64,000 nucleotides of DNA, from IMG/VR virus record IMGVR_UViG_3300001336_000005, positions 7,034 through 71,033 of that record; one strand, 5' to 3'. This DNA comes from a virus (Duplodnaviria; Caudoviricetes). Positions 46,795-56,456 of this stretch are shown here, piece after piece. A program made the translations under genes and the position numbers. Numbering within the stretch: position 1 is the first letter of the stretch; every line of letters begins with the position of its first letter. The notes beneath the pieces were generated by a model. The model was not told the origin of the DNA. It did no database searches and saw nothing but the letters and a program-made list of their open reading frames with translations.

Positions 46795-48803
46795 TGGGTG
46801 TAATTGAAAATACTATAAAAAATTTTTTTAATGGCTTAGTTAATGGAGCAAAAGTAGGCATTGAAAATAATGCCAAAAAACAAGCGGCTTCTAAAGTTGG
46901 CAGCATCTCTGTTCCTGATATTTCATCTACAATTACTACAAAAACAGCAAATGTAATAACAGTTGGTGATATTTTAGGTATAGGCGAAAAAGCATTAGCT
47001 TTATCACCAGCAGATTTTAATAATGCTTTATCTAAAGCAAAAAACAATGCGTTAATTATGGCAACTCAAGCTGCTTTTTTGATAGGGCCTTTAAATACAG
47101 TTTTTGCTGTTTATAAAACTGTTACAAATTTAATTAATACTTATCAAAAAATAAAACCAACTATAGATATGGTTTCTGATATAGTTAGTGTAATATTATT
47201 TAATTATGCAAGGTTGCCAGTAATAATTCAAAATATAGTTTCTGATATAATGAAAGGAATAGCAGGGGAGATTCCAGGAGCTATGGAAGCTATTAAAAAA
47301 GCTTTTCTTGAAATGCCTGTATTTACTTTATATTTAACTCCCTATCAAATGAGATTATTAAACTCATTAGTAGAAAATGAAAAAATAAATTTAGAACAAA
47401 TAGTAACTGATACTATGGCAGAATATAATCCTATTTCTGCTATAACTGGATATAATACAAATGAAATGAGAAAATTATTAAACTCAGGAATAACCCCAGA
47501 TTATACAGATGAAAATTTTTATTATTCTATTTATGATAATGTAACTTATGGTATAGGATATAAAGCAGAGAATGTAATAATAAATGCTTGTGCTGATTTA
47601 ACAGAGTTTGCTACGGCAATGTCTGACATAGAAGATGATTTTTCAACCGTAGTAAATGATGATTTTTTTATGTATTTAGGAAAAGATATAGTAAAATTAG
47701 GCACAGAAATGATAGTTCCTGGAATAAATGCTATTGATTTAAGAGATCCTTTAACTGATAATTTAGGTGAATTAAATCAAGTTGTAAAATCTTTTAATGA
47801 CGCACTTAAAACAACAAAAACAGCAGATTTATATGCCATAGTTATAAATTTATTTAAAGAAACTAATGATTTACGAGGTGATATTTGGGATTTAATGTAT
47901 GCAAAAGCAGAAAACGTATTTACAAGAGGAAATAATGTAAATTTAGATTATATTTTTTCCAATGCTTTTATAAAAATAATAAAAGAAAAATTAAAAGAAG
48001 GAATGGAAAAGTTTATAAATTATAATTTGTATAATTTAGCTGCTGCCTATATAACAAGACATAAAGAAGAATGGCTAGATTCTGTTAAATCTAAAATAAG
48101 TAATTCTGTAGTAGAACACACTTATTATAACAATCTTAGTGATAATTATGATGATGATATAAATACTAAATTTGATAATCTTTATAGTGCTATAGATACA
48201 GATGTTAATGATTATTTAGATACAAACGAAGGAACTATAGAAGGAATCCAAAGTACAGTATCAAGTACTATATCTGGCACAACAATAGCATTAAATGCTA
48301 CATTAAAAGAAGATTTTGATGCATCTGTAAAATATTCTTTAGATTTATTTAGAAATTATTATTATTATGATACTAAGTTTATAATTCAAGACGAATTAAT
48401 GCCAATTTACTCAGTAGAAATACCAACATATGTAGATAAACAACAGTTTATTAATGTGGTTAGATTTTTAATGTCTGATGTTAAAGAATATTTTGTTAAT
48501 AAATTAGATAAATTACTTTTAAGTGATGAATTTTATCCTTGTAAACAATGCAAAAATTATTCTTTGATAATTACAGATCTTGAAAATTATTACACTTCTG
48601 AAATAACAAGAAGAAAGTCTATTATAAATTATAACATGTTAAACTTAACTGGAGAAACAGAAGAAGAAATGTTAATAAGCTTTGACGCTTTGTTAGAGTT
48701 AAGCAAAAGAAATTTTATAACAGATTATAAATTTATTTCTATTTTATCAAAACAAAAAGAATTATTAAAAAAACATATTTATGAAGTATTGGTGATTGAA
48801 TAA
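46794..48803 (+). CDS. Hypothetical 669-aa protein in the baseplate operon
   Basis: Long ORF translationally coupled to the spike gene. Confidence 0.6.
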   Translation: MGVIENTIKNFFNGLVNGAKVGIENNAKKQAASKVGSISVPDISSTITTKTANVITVGDILGIGEKALALSPADFNNALSKAKNNALIMATQAAFLIGPLNTVFAVYKTVTNLINTYQKIKPTIDMVSDIVSVILFNYARLPVIIQNIVSDIMKGIAGEIPGAMEAIKKAFLEMPVFTLYLTPYQMRLLNSLVENEKINLEQIVTDTMAEYNPISAITGYNTNEMRKLLNSGITPDYTDENFYYSIYDNVTYGIGYKAENVIINACADLTEFATAMSDIEDDFSTVVNDDFFMYLGKDIVKLGTEMIVPGINAIDLRDPLTDNLGELNQVVKSFNDALKTTKTADLYAIVINLFKETNDLRGDIWDLMYAKAENVFTRGNNVNLDYIFSNAFIKIIKEKLKEGMEKFINYNLYNLAAAYITRHKEEWLDSVKSKISNSVVEHTYYNNLSDNYDDDINTKFDNLYSAIDTDVNDYLDTNEGTIEGIQSTVSSTISGTTIALNATLKEDFDASVKYSLDLFRNYYYYDTKFIIQDELMPIYSVEIPTYVDKQQFINVVRFLMSDVKEYFVNKLDKLLLSDEFYPCKQCKNYSLIITDLENYYTSEITRRKSIINYNMLNLTGETEEEMLISFDALLELSKRNFITDYKFISILSKQKELLKKHIYEVLVIE

Positions 48804-50332
48804 TGGGAACATTTACTACGGATCAAAGAAGAACTTTAACTGCCTCTGTGTTAGAAACTGAAAGTTTTACTACAGATTTATATTATGTTAATCAACAATT
48901 TTATTTAGCAGAAGAAGATAAAATTAAAAAAGACAAAACAAACAGAGAAATGTTTAGATATTTAAATTCTTCATTAACTGGTTTAGCTTATGAGTATGCT
49001 TATATACATGGAAAATATCATGCTCGTTTAGATGAAAGCTTATATATATCATCTAATCCAGATTCATCTTCTGCTATTAATTACTATGATTCAGAAAAAT
49101 TAAGAAATGCTGCTAAATTAACAGAAACTACAGAATTTTTCTCAGATATAACTAAAAGTGCTACAAACTATAATCCTTTAGAGCCAGATAGATATGCTGA
49201 ATGGCATGACGACACAACTGATTTTGATACTTATGTTTTTGATTTTTTTAGGACAGAAGTAGAACAATTTAACGCAATAAATACATTGCTTACTTATTAT
49301 TCTTCAGGTCATACAGGGAGTAGTACTGCAACTACAGAAGCGTTGGTTTTTTATGATGAAACAATAGCAACTACATCTCAAGGAAATATGACTTATGCTA
49401 CAGGGTTTGTAACAGAAGGCGATTATATATTAATCAAAGAAGATACTGATAATTTTATTTTTGGAAAAATTGTAGAGCCTGTTAACTCTTCTGGTAATTT
49501 TATAATAGATAAATATGTTCAAATAGGAAATCCTTCTGCAACTTTTTCAATAACTGGCGACTACACGGCAAGCGATGAATTTATTCTTACTATAATAGAA
49601 GAATTAGTAGAAATATATAAAAATCATTTAATTACTTTAGAAAGATATTTAAATTATAATGTGAATAGAGGAACTTCTGGTGATGACGCTTTAAGTGATA
49701 TACAATCTATGCTAGTTAAAATAGTAGATTGGGAAGCAGATAAAGAAGTAGATTTTACTACAGCTACTTCTACTTTAGTTTCAGATTTTGGAATAGAAAG
49801 AAATGCAGCAGGTATATTTTCCACAAGAGCATCGGCTATAGATACCTATATGAAATTAGCGGCAAGAGATACTGATTATTCCAATAGATTTACTTTAATT
49901 AAAAATAGAATTAATAAGAAATCAGGAACGTTAAAAGACTTAATGGAAATAATATTAGGAATTGAAGAGACATCTAATATATTATCAGATAAAGCAGGAC
50001 ATCTTTCTGTAATAAATGATTATTTTGTGGTAAAAAAAATACAAGCAGACGGGGATGGAAAAAGAAGAATTTTTGTTTCAGATATTACTAATTTAAGTTT
50101 AAATGATACAGTTTATGTATTATCAGATGATGAAAATGTTCCAGAATTAGAATGTGAAATAGACTTAATTACAGATGGTATTTTAGATGATTACTCTCAA
50201 GTTTACTATGATGACTTAGGTAATATCAAAAGAGAATTTATTGATATTAAAAAAATATTTTTCAAAAATAATGTTATTGTAACTAGTGATTATTTAATGT
50301 CTGATAATTTAAGATTAATAAAAGAGATTTAA
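48803..50332 (+). CDS. Hypothetical 509-aa protein in the baseplate operon
   Basis: Acidic, Thr/Ser-rich long ORF coupled to the previous gene. Confidence 0.6.
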   Translation: MGTFTTDQRRTLTASVLETESFTTDLYYVNQQFYLAEEDKIKKDKTNREMFRYLNSSLTGLAYEYAYIHGKYHARLDESLYISSNPDSSSAINYYDSEKLRNAAKLTETTEFFSDITKSATNYNPLEPDRYAEWHDDTTDFDTYVFDFFRTEVEQFNAINTLLTYYSSGHTGSSTATTEALVFYDETIATTSQGNMTYATGFVTEGDYILIKEDTDNFIFGKIVEPVNSSGNFIIDKYVQIGNPSATFSITGDYTASDEFILTIIEELVEIYKNHLITLERYLNYNVNRGTSGDDALSDIQSMLVKIVDWEADKEVDFTTATSTLVSDFGIERNAAGIFSTRASAIDTYMKLAARDTDYSNRFTLIKNRINKKSGTLKDLMEIILGIEETSNILSDKAGHLSVINDYFVVKKIQADGDGKRRIFVSDITNLSLNDTVYVLSDDENVPELECEIDLITDGILDDYSQVYYDDLGNIKREFIDIKKIFFKNNVIVTSDYLMSDNLRLIKEI

Positions 50333-50472
50333 ATCTTTATTTTAAATTCTTTTGGAGCTACACATTCAAAAATTGTTTTTTCTTTATCACATACAAAATA
50401 AAATTTATTTCCAACCTCAACATTTTTAATATCTTTTTTTATTAATTCTTTATTTATAATAATTACTTTCAT
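50329..50472 (-). CDS. Possible 47-aa protein
   Basis: MKVIIINKEL... fills the gap between the structural genes. No clear SD. Confidence 0.3.
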   Translation of the reverse strand: MKVIIINKELIKKDIKNVEVGNKFYFVCDKEKTIFECVAPKEFKIKI

Positions 50473-50533
50473 ATAACTATATAAGTTACGAAAGTATTTT
50501 TTTGTAAAGATAAAACAAAAAGAAAGGTTTTTT

Positions 50534-50884
50534 ATGAAAGGAATTGCTATATATAATAACGATGAGTTTGTAAGAATTAAAGAAAATGAAGAACTCTTTG
50601 CTGAAAATATATCAAGAATATTAAAAACATATCCAGGCCAAAGAGTAGGGAATCCTCTATTTGGAAGTTATCTTGAAGATTTTTTATTTGAAAGAGAAGC
50701 TGTTTTGCTTGAGGATATAGAGTTTGAAATAATTTCAAAAATTAATAAATTTGAACCTAGAGTTAATGTCACCAGTGTTGATGTAGAAATTGATAAAGAA
50801 AATAGAATGGCAAACATATATATAATAGTTGTAGTAAAAGAAAATTTAGAGACTTTAAATTTAAATTTAAATTTAGTATTTTAA
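50534..50884 (+). CDS. gp25-like baseplate wedge protein
   Basis: ILKTYPGQR.GNP.FGS.L..FLFE...I.KFEPRV.V..V. Confidence 0.92.
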   Translation: MKGIAIYNNDEFVRIKENEELFAENISRILKTYPGQRVGNPLFGSYLEDFLFEREAVLLEDIEFEIISKINKFEPRVNVTSVDVEIDKENRMANIYIIVVVKENLETLNLNLNLVF

Positions 50885-50893
50885 GAGGAATGA

Positions 50894-53800
50894 TTGATGG
50901 CTAATTTACCAATAACTTCAGCAAGTGGGTTATCTTATGAAAATATTCTAACTGATATTTATAATATGGTTAATGATAATCCTGATTATCAAGACAATTG
51001 GGATGATTTTTTAGCTAGTAACGCTGGTCGTATGCTTTTAGAGTTATTTAGTTATATTGCAGAACAGCTTGCATTAAGAATAGATATAACAGAAAATGAA
51101 AACTTTTTAGATACAGCAAGAAAAATAGAATCAGTAATTAGAATTATAAAAGAAATAGGTTATGATGTAAGTCTACCAACCTGTGCTAGAGTAGACGTTA
51201 CTTTAACTATTAACGATAACATTGGATTATATTATTTATCTAGAGGATATGATGAAATAACTACTGATTTTGATTATAAAAAAATAACAGCTACGGATAG
51301 AAATGGAAATCAAAGATATTTTGAGGCTATAAATTATGATGATGTAGCAGAAGAATTTAATTATAAAAATTCTATTACTATAGATACGACTGATACATAT
51401 GATGAAGATGGAAGTATAGATCCTGTAGATAGTTCTTCTTATTATACTCAAGAATCTATTCCTTTTTATGAAGGTGTTACTAGAAATATAGCTTTAACAG
51501 CAGAAACTAATTCAGGACAAATTTTTACAATTGAAGAAGTTGGCATTATTAAAAATTCTATTACTATTTATTTAAAAACAGAAGATGGATATACTAGAAA
51601 ATTATTGAAAGTTGGAAGCTTTTTAGAAAGAGATGCTCAGAATGAAGATACAGAAATCCCATTTACAGTTAAAAATATAAATAATGAAAAAGTAGAAATA
51701 ACCTTTCCTACTTTAAATGTGATTCCAAAAGAAAGTAAGATATTACCACAAAATTCAGAACTTCTATTGTTTTATAGAATAGGTGGAGGAACAATAGGAA
51801 ACATTCCTAAAAAATCTATAAATTTAACTGAAAATAACATTTCAAATACTGGAAATAAATATACGATAACTTATATTAATTATTTAAGTGGATATGGAGG
51901 AAAAAACATAGAAACAATAGATGAAATAAAATATAATGCTCCTAATAGTATTAAATCTAATAAAACAACAGTGACTAGAGAAGATTATGAATATCATTTA
52001 AATCAAAATCAATATATAAACACATCTATTACATATGGACAAGGAAATTTACCTTCAAACTATAAAAATAAAATAGGACAATATATGAGTCCTCTTGATG
52101 CTGTTAATTTTATTGTAGCACTTAGAAAAACTAATTTAGAAAATATCTCTACAGATATTATTAATGATATAAATTTATGCACTTTTAATGAGGAAAATAG
52201 ATTTAATGAAGAAATATCTTTTAGAGAAGGTAAATTAGGACACTCTTACACTTTAACTGGAATGACATATATTGAAGAAGACATTACAAACCCTCTCAAT
52301 TTAGTATATACTACTCTTCCATCTCAAACTACATATTATAACGTCTATGAATTAGAAGCGCCAGAAGAATTATTAGATGCTATAATAGCAGACACAACTG
52401 CTGATGGGTATCCAAGATTTACTTTTACTCAAGCAGCACCTACGGAATCAAAATTAGAAAATTTTTCTGTAGATGCTCCTTCTGTTTTATCGTCTTCTTA
52501 TTATACATCAGGAACTACTAAAACATACACTCCTATTTTTGAAGAAGATTATGGAGAATTTAGGTTATCTGAGGATATAAATCCTGTTTTGGTAGGAACT
52601 ATTGATTTGTCAGAAGGAATTAATGTAGACACTAATAAACAATTTAATATAGATATAGACGGAGATGTACATACTATAGATTTAACTGGACTATCTGGGA
52701 CTATAGATTTAACTACATTAGTAGGAGAGATAAATAATATTTTTGATTCAATCGGAGAATCTTTTGCTTCTCAAAGATTTGGTTTAACTATTTATAATAC
52801 AAGTGATTTTATAATTTCAGAAATAATGAACCAAGATGAAGATAATTATTATCTAAATTTAAGTGATGCAGAATATACAATTTTTGCTGGAACTACACAA
52901 ACTTATGCTCAATTACTTTCAAATATAAATACTGCACTAAGTGGTTCTAAATATAGTGCTAGATTTGTTTCCGTTTATGATTCTGCTTTAGAAACAACAA
53001 CTTGTGCTGATATAGAAATATATAATAATGGAACAATATCTGGTCAAAAAGAAGATGATGTAATAATAGAAATGGCAACCATTCCTGCGTATGACTTGCT
53101 AGCAGCTTTAGGAACAGAAAGCAATACTTCTTTAGAAGGCGAAAATTCTTTAAGAACTACTTATCAGGAAAACTATAACATAGCAAGCGTTGTAGATGAT
53201 AAATATTTAAAATTAGAAATAGATGGAACTGTTAATGAATTTATAAGTTTAGTTGGACCTATAAATAATGATTTAACTGAAGATATTTTTGGTGTTAATT
53301 TTTCTACAGAAGCAGAGTATAGAGCTACAAATTATAAAAGAATAACAACGTTTATAGACGATACTTCAGGAAGTGAATCTATTAAATTTTTATATGAAAC
53401 AGGTTCTCCTCTTCCAAGAGAAACAATAAATACAAATATTTTTTTAAATTATATAACAGCAGCCGAAAGCGGTAATTTTTATGAAATTGGAAGTTTTTAT
53501 GCAAACAAAGACTCAGGTGATGTTTTAAAAAGAAATCCAGTAAGAGCTATTTATAATACTGTTTATGATACAGACGATCATATAGACACTACTTTAAGCG
53601 ATTTTCAAGTAAAATTCACTAAAGACAAAGTAATTTCAAGTTCTTTCTATGGAATAGATGAATTAGATAATATAACATTAGCACAAAAACCAAAATTAAC
53701 AGTTGATGAAAATTTTACAGCTTTTTATATAGATGGCTCAACAACTACAACTCAAACTATGATTATAAAAGTTTATTACGATGATGGCTCTGGATCTCAA

Positions 53801-54700
53801 ACTAATACCTCATATAATTTTGAAATAACAGATGGAGAGACTTTAAATGATTTTAAAATAGCAATAGATGAATCTAATTTAAAAGATCATGCTACGATTA
53901 CTGTGGTTCAAGGAGATGTATTTATAATAGAAGCAAAAGATAATAATTATTTAATAGATAAAATTGAAATAACAAATGCTGAGGCTTCGTCAATTGAATC
54001 ACAAGTTTTTATTGAGGTACCAAGTGAAACTCAAAGAACAATTGTAAGAATTTATACTTCTTACGTGACTGGTGATTACTATATAAAGTATACAGAAGGT
54101 TCATCTAGTTCTGAAGTTGAGGATGGAAGATTTAATATAGAAGCTATTCCAGACAATGAAATTTTTAATAATAATTTTCCTGATGGTACTTTTTATATTC
54201 ATTTTGTTGAAGACAAAAGACATATAGACTCTGATGGTAATAAATTTTCTTGGGATGAAACTGATGAAGATATTTTTTCTGATTATTTAGATGATAAAAA
54301 AATAGTTGGTGTTGAAAATTATTTTAAGCAGCCTGTATTTAAAGTTTTTGATTTAAAAATTACTATAAGATTTTCACAAGCTTTGTACAGACAAAAAAAT
54401 ACCATAGAACAAAATTTAATTACAAAAATAACAAACTTATTTTCTATATCAAATGGAAAAATTGGAGAAAATATTTATAAATCAGATATTTATACTGCTT
54501 GTTTAACAATAAACGGAGTAGAAAGAGTCAGCATAAATTTCTTAGGAACAGATTTTCAAAATTCATCTACTGCCGTTAATGAAACTTTAGAAATAGATTT
54601 TGATGAAGTTGGTATCTTATCTGAAAATAAATATATTTATATTGATAATAGTAAAATTCAAACTCACGGATTGATAATTGAAGAATCAAGGATATTTTAA
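50894..54700 (+). CDS. gp6/baseplate J-like wedge protein with a large insertion
   Basis: DF..SN.G..LLELFSY...LA.RID...E.FL.TA...SV, YRIGGG..GN, GG...ETIDEIK.NAP...VTREDY; C-terminal GKIGE.IY.S.I...C..I.GV. Confidence 0.88.
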   Translation: MMANLPITSASGLSYENILTDIYNMVNDNPDYQDNWDDFLASNAGRMLLELFSYIAEQLALRIDITENENFLDTARKIESVIRIIKEIGYDVSLPTCARVDVTLTINDNIGLYYLSRGYDEITTDFDYKKITATDRNGNQRYFEAINYDDVAEEFNYKNSITIDTTDTYDEDGSIDPVDSSSYYTQESIPFYEGVTRNIALTAETNSGQIFTIEEVGIIKNSITIYLKTEDGYTRKLLKVGSFLERDAQNEDTEIPFTVKNINNEKVEITFPTLNVIPKESKILPQNSELLLFYRIGGGTIGNIPKKSINLTENNISNTGNKYTITYINYLSGYGGKNIETIDEIKYNAPNSIKSNKTTVTREDYEYHLNQNQYINTSITYGQGNLPSNYKNKIGQYMSPLDAVNFIVALRKTNLENISTDIINDINLCTFNEENRFNEEISFREGKLGHSYTLTGMTYIEEDITNPLNLVYTTLPSQTTYYNVYELEAPEELLDAIIADTTADGYPRFTFTQAAPTESKLENFSVDAPSVLSSSYYTSGTTKTYTPIFEEDYGEFRLSEDINPVLVGTIDLSEGINVDTNKQFNIDIDGDVHTIDLTGLSGTIDLTTLVGEINNIFDSIGESFASQRFGLTIYNTSDFIISEIMNQDEDNYYLNLSDAEYTIFAGTTQTYAQLLSNINTALSGSKYSARFVSVYDSALETTTCADIEIYNNGTISGQKEDDVIIEMATIPAYDLLAALGTESNTSLEGENSLRTTYQENYNIASVVDDKYLKLEIDGTVNEFISLVGPINNDLTEDIFGVNFSTEAEYRATNYKRITTFIDDTSGSESIKFLYETGSPLPRETINTNIFLNYITAAESGNFYEIGSFYANKDSGDVLKRNPVRAIYNTVYDTDDHIDTTLSDFQVKFTKDKVISSSFYGIDELDNITLAQKPKLTVDENFTAFYIDGSTTTTQTMIIKVYYDDGSGSQTNTSYNFEITDGETLNDFKIAIDESNLKDHATITVVQGDVFIIEAKDNNYLIDKIEITNAEASSIESQVFIEVPSETQRTIVRIYTSYVTGDYYIKYTEGSSSSEVEDGRFNIEAIPDNEIFNNNFPDGTFYIHFVEDKRHIDSDGNKFSWDETDEDIFSDYLDDKKIVGVENYFKQPVFKVFDLKITIRFSQALYRQKNTIEQNLITKITNLFSISNGKIGENIYKSDIYTACLTINGVERVSINFLGTDFQNSSTAVNETLEIDFDEVGILSENKYIYIDNSKIQTHGLIIEESRIF

Positions 54701-54702
54701 TA

Positions 54703-56421
54703 ATGATTAGTGTTTATAAAACTAGTAAATTAAAAAATTACGCTAATATTTTTTTAAAGGACTTAATATTAAAACAAGAATTAGTAGATTTTGGTTATTT
54801 CTATCCTACTGACTCCTTAAATATAGAATTCTATATTAATTTATTAGGTTTAGATAATTCTCTTTATGAAAGAAAAGATTATATTTTATCTAAAAGCTCA
54901 AAAGATTTATATAATGAATGTTTAATACTTGAAGAAATAGAAGAAATAAATATAAAATATTTACTTGAAATAAAAGTATTTGATGGAAATACAATGCCAG
55001 AAAGTTTGTTTCTGGCACTGATGAACGCTTTTAAATACGGAACTATAAAAACATTTTTTTATGATAATAGAAATTTATTTTTGCCTCCTTATGATGTTGA
55101 AAACATTGAAAATTCTAAAAAAAATACTATATTTATAAAATCTATAATGAAAGAATTTGATAAATTTTCAGATATTATAGAAGAAATGAAAATTGCAAAA
55201 GATATAGATAAAACAAACCCAAATAATTTAAATTATTTAGGTGAACTTCTTGGTTTTCAAATGTTAGAAGAAAACGTTTTAAATGAAGATAAATTTAGAA
55301 TAATTTTAAAAAATATGGTAGAAATATATCAAACAAAAGGAAGCATATATTCTTATGAATTATTTTTTAATTTTTTAGGATTTGATATTGAAATAACTGA
55401 ATTTTGGTTTGATAGAAGATTTTATTATTCTTCTAACAATCCTTTCACAAACATATCTACACAAACATCTTTTTTACATTATTTAACACCATATAAACCA
55501 ACAGATACTGTTTATAACAGTGCTGTTTATAATTTTGATAGAACTATTACAGTTAACGCTAATGAGATAACATCTATAAAATCAAGATTTATTTTTGAAG
55601 ATGATAATAATGAATATAGTACAGAAGAAATTCTTGGTTTAAAATCTGGTTATGACGAACCTTTTACATATTTTAAAACAAATATTGTTGAATATAGAAT
55701 ACAAAAAATATTTAATGAAGTAATTATAGAAATAGATGAAGAACAGATTATTATTGAAGGCGAATCTTCACTAACAGAATTAGAAAATGAAATTGTAAAT
55801 TATTATTTAGATTATATAACCCCTATATTTATTTTGAGAATATTAGCAGCAGAAATAAAAGAATTAGAACCAGAGAGATACAGAGCTATTTTTAAAGAAA
55901 TAAGACAAAACTTAATAGATATTAATTATGAAGTAACAGAAGAAGATTTTTCACCTACTATTTCTAATTTATTAAATCCAGAAGTTTTAGTAAATTTAGT
56001 TCCTATGTCTGGAACTGAGGAAAGTAAATTTACCCCAACGAATAATGAAGAAACTATAAAAACTCAAACACTATTAGAATATTTAGAAAATTATTTAGCA
56101 ACACTAAATGGGTTAATAAAAACAGATGTAAATTATGAAATCCCTACTGCTGATGTATGTGATTTTGTTTTTAATAATTTAAATAATTTATATTATAATA
56201 TTAAGTATGAAGGTGAAAATTTAATATTACATACGCCAGATATTGATGTATTATCATTTACTGAAATGGATGCTACTTTTCCGTTGGCAGAAGGAGCTTT
56301 CACTGATGAAAGTGAGTTTTCTACTATATCAAGAGAACAATTTGTTGGAGAAGGATGGGAGTTAGAAAATACTCCAGATAATTTATTTGATTATATACTT
56401 TTAGAAGCACAAAAGATATAA
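54703..56421 (+). CDS. gp7 / P2 gpI-like baseplate wedge protein
   Basis: D.D....LNYLGELLGF...IY.TKGS..SY..FF.FLG; follows the gp6-like gene. Confidence 0.65.
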   Translation: MISVYKTSKLKNYANIFLKDLILKQELVDFGYFYPTDSLNIEFYINLLGLDNSLYERKDYILSKSSKDLYNECLILEEIEEINIKYLLEIKVFDGNTMPESLFLALMNAFKYGTIKTFFYDNRNLFLPPYDVENIENSKKNTIFIKSIMKEFDKFSDIIEEMKIAKDIDKTNPNNLNYLGELLGFQMLEENVLNEDKFRIILKNMVEIYQTKGSIYSYELFFNFLGFDIEITEFWFDRRFYYSSNNPFTNISTQTSFLHYLTPYKPTDTVYNSAVYNFDRTITVNANEITSIKSRFIFEDDNNEYSTEEILGLKSGYDEPFTYFKTNIVEYRIQKIFNEVIIEIDEEQIIIEGESSLTELENEIVNYYLDYITPIFILRILAAEIKELEPERYRAIFKEIRQNLIDINYEVTEEDFSPTISNLLNPEVLVNLVPMSGTEESKFTPTNNEETIKTQTLLEYLENYLATLNGLIKTDVNYEIPTADVCDFVFNNLNNLYYNIKYEGENLILHTPDIDVLSFTEMDATFPLAEGAFTDESEFSTISREQFVGEGWELENTPDNLFDYILLEAQKI

Positions 56422-56456
56422 GTAAAGATAATATTAAATAAAATTAAGGAAAAAAA

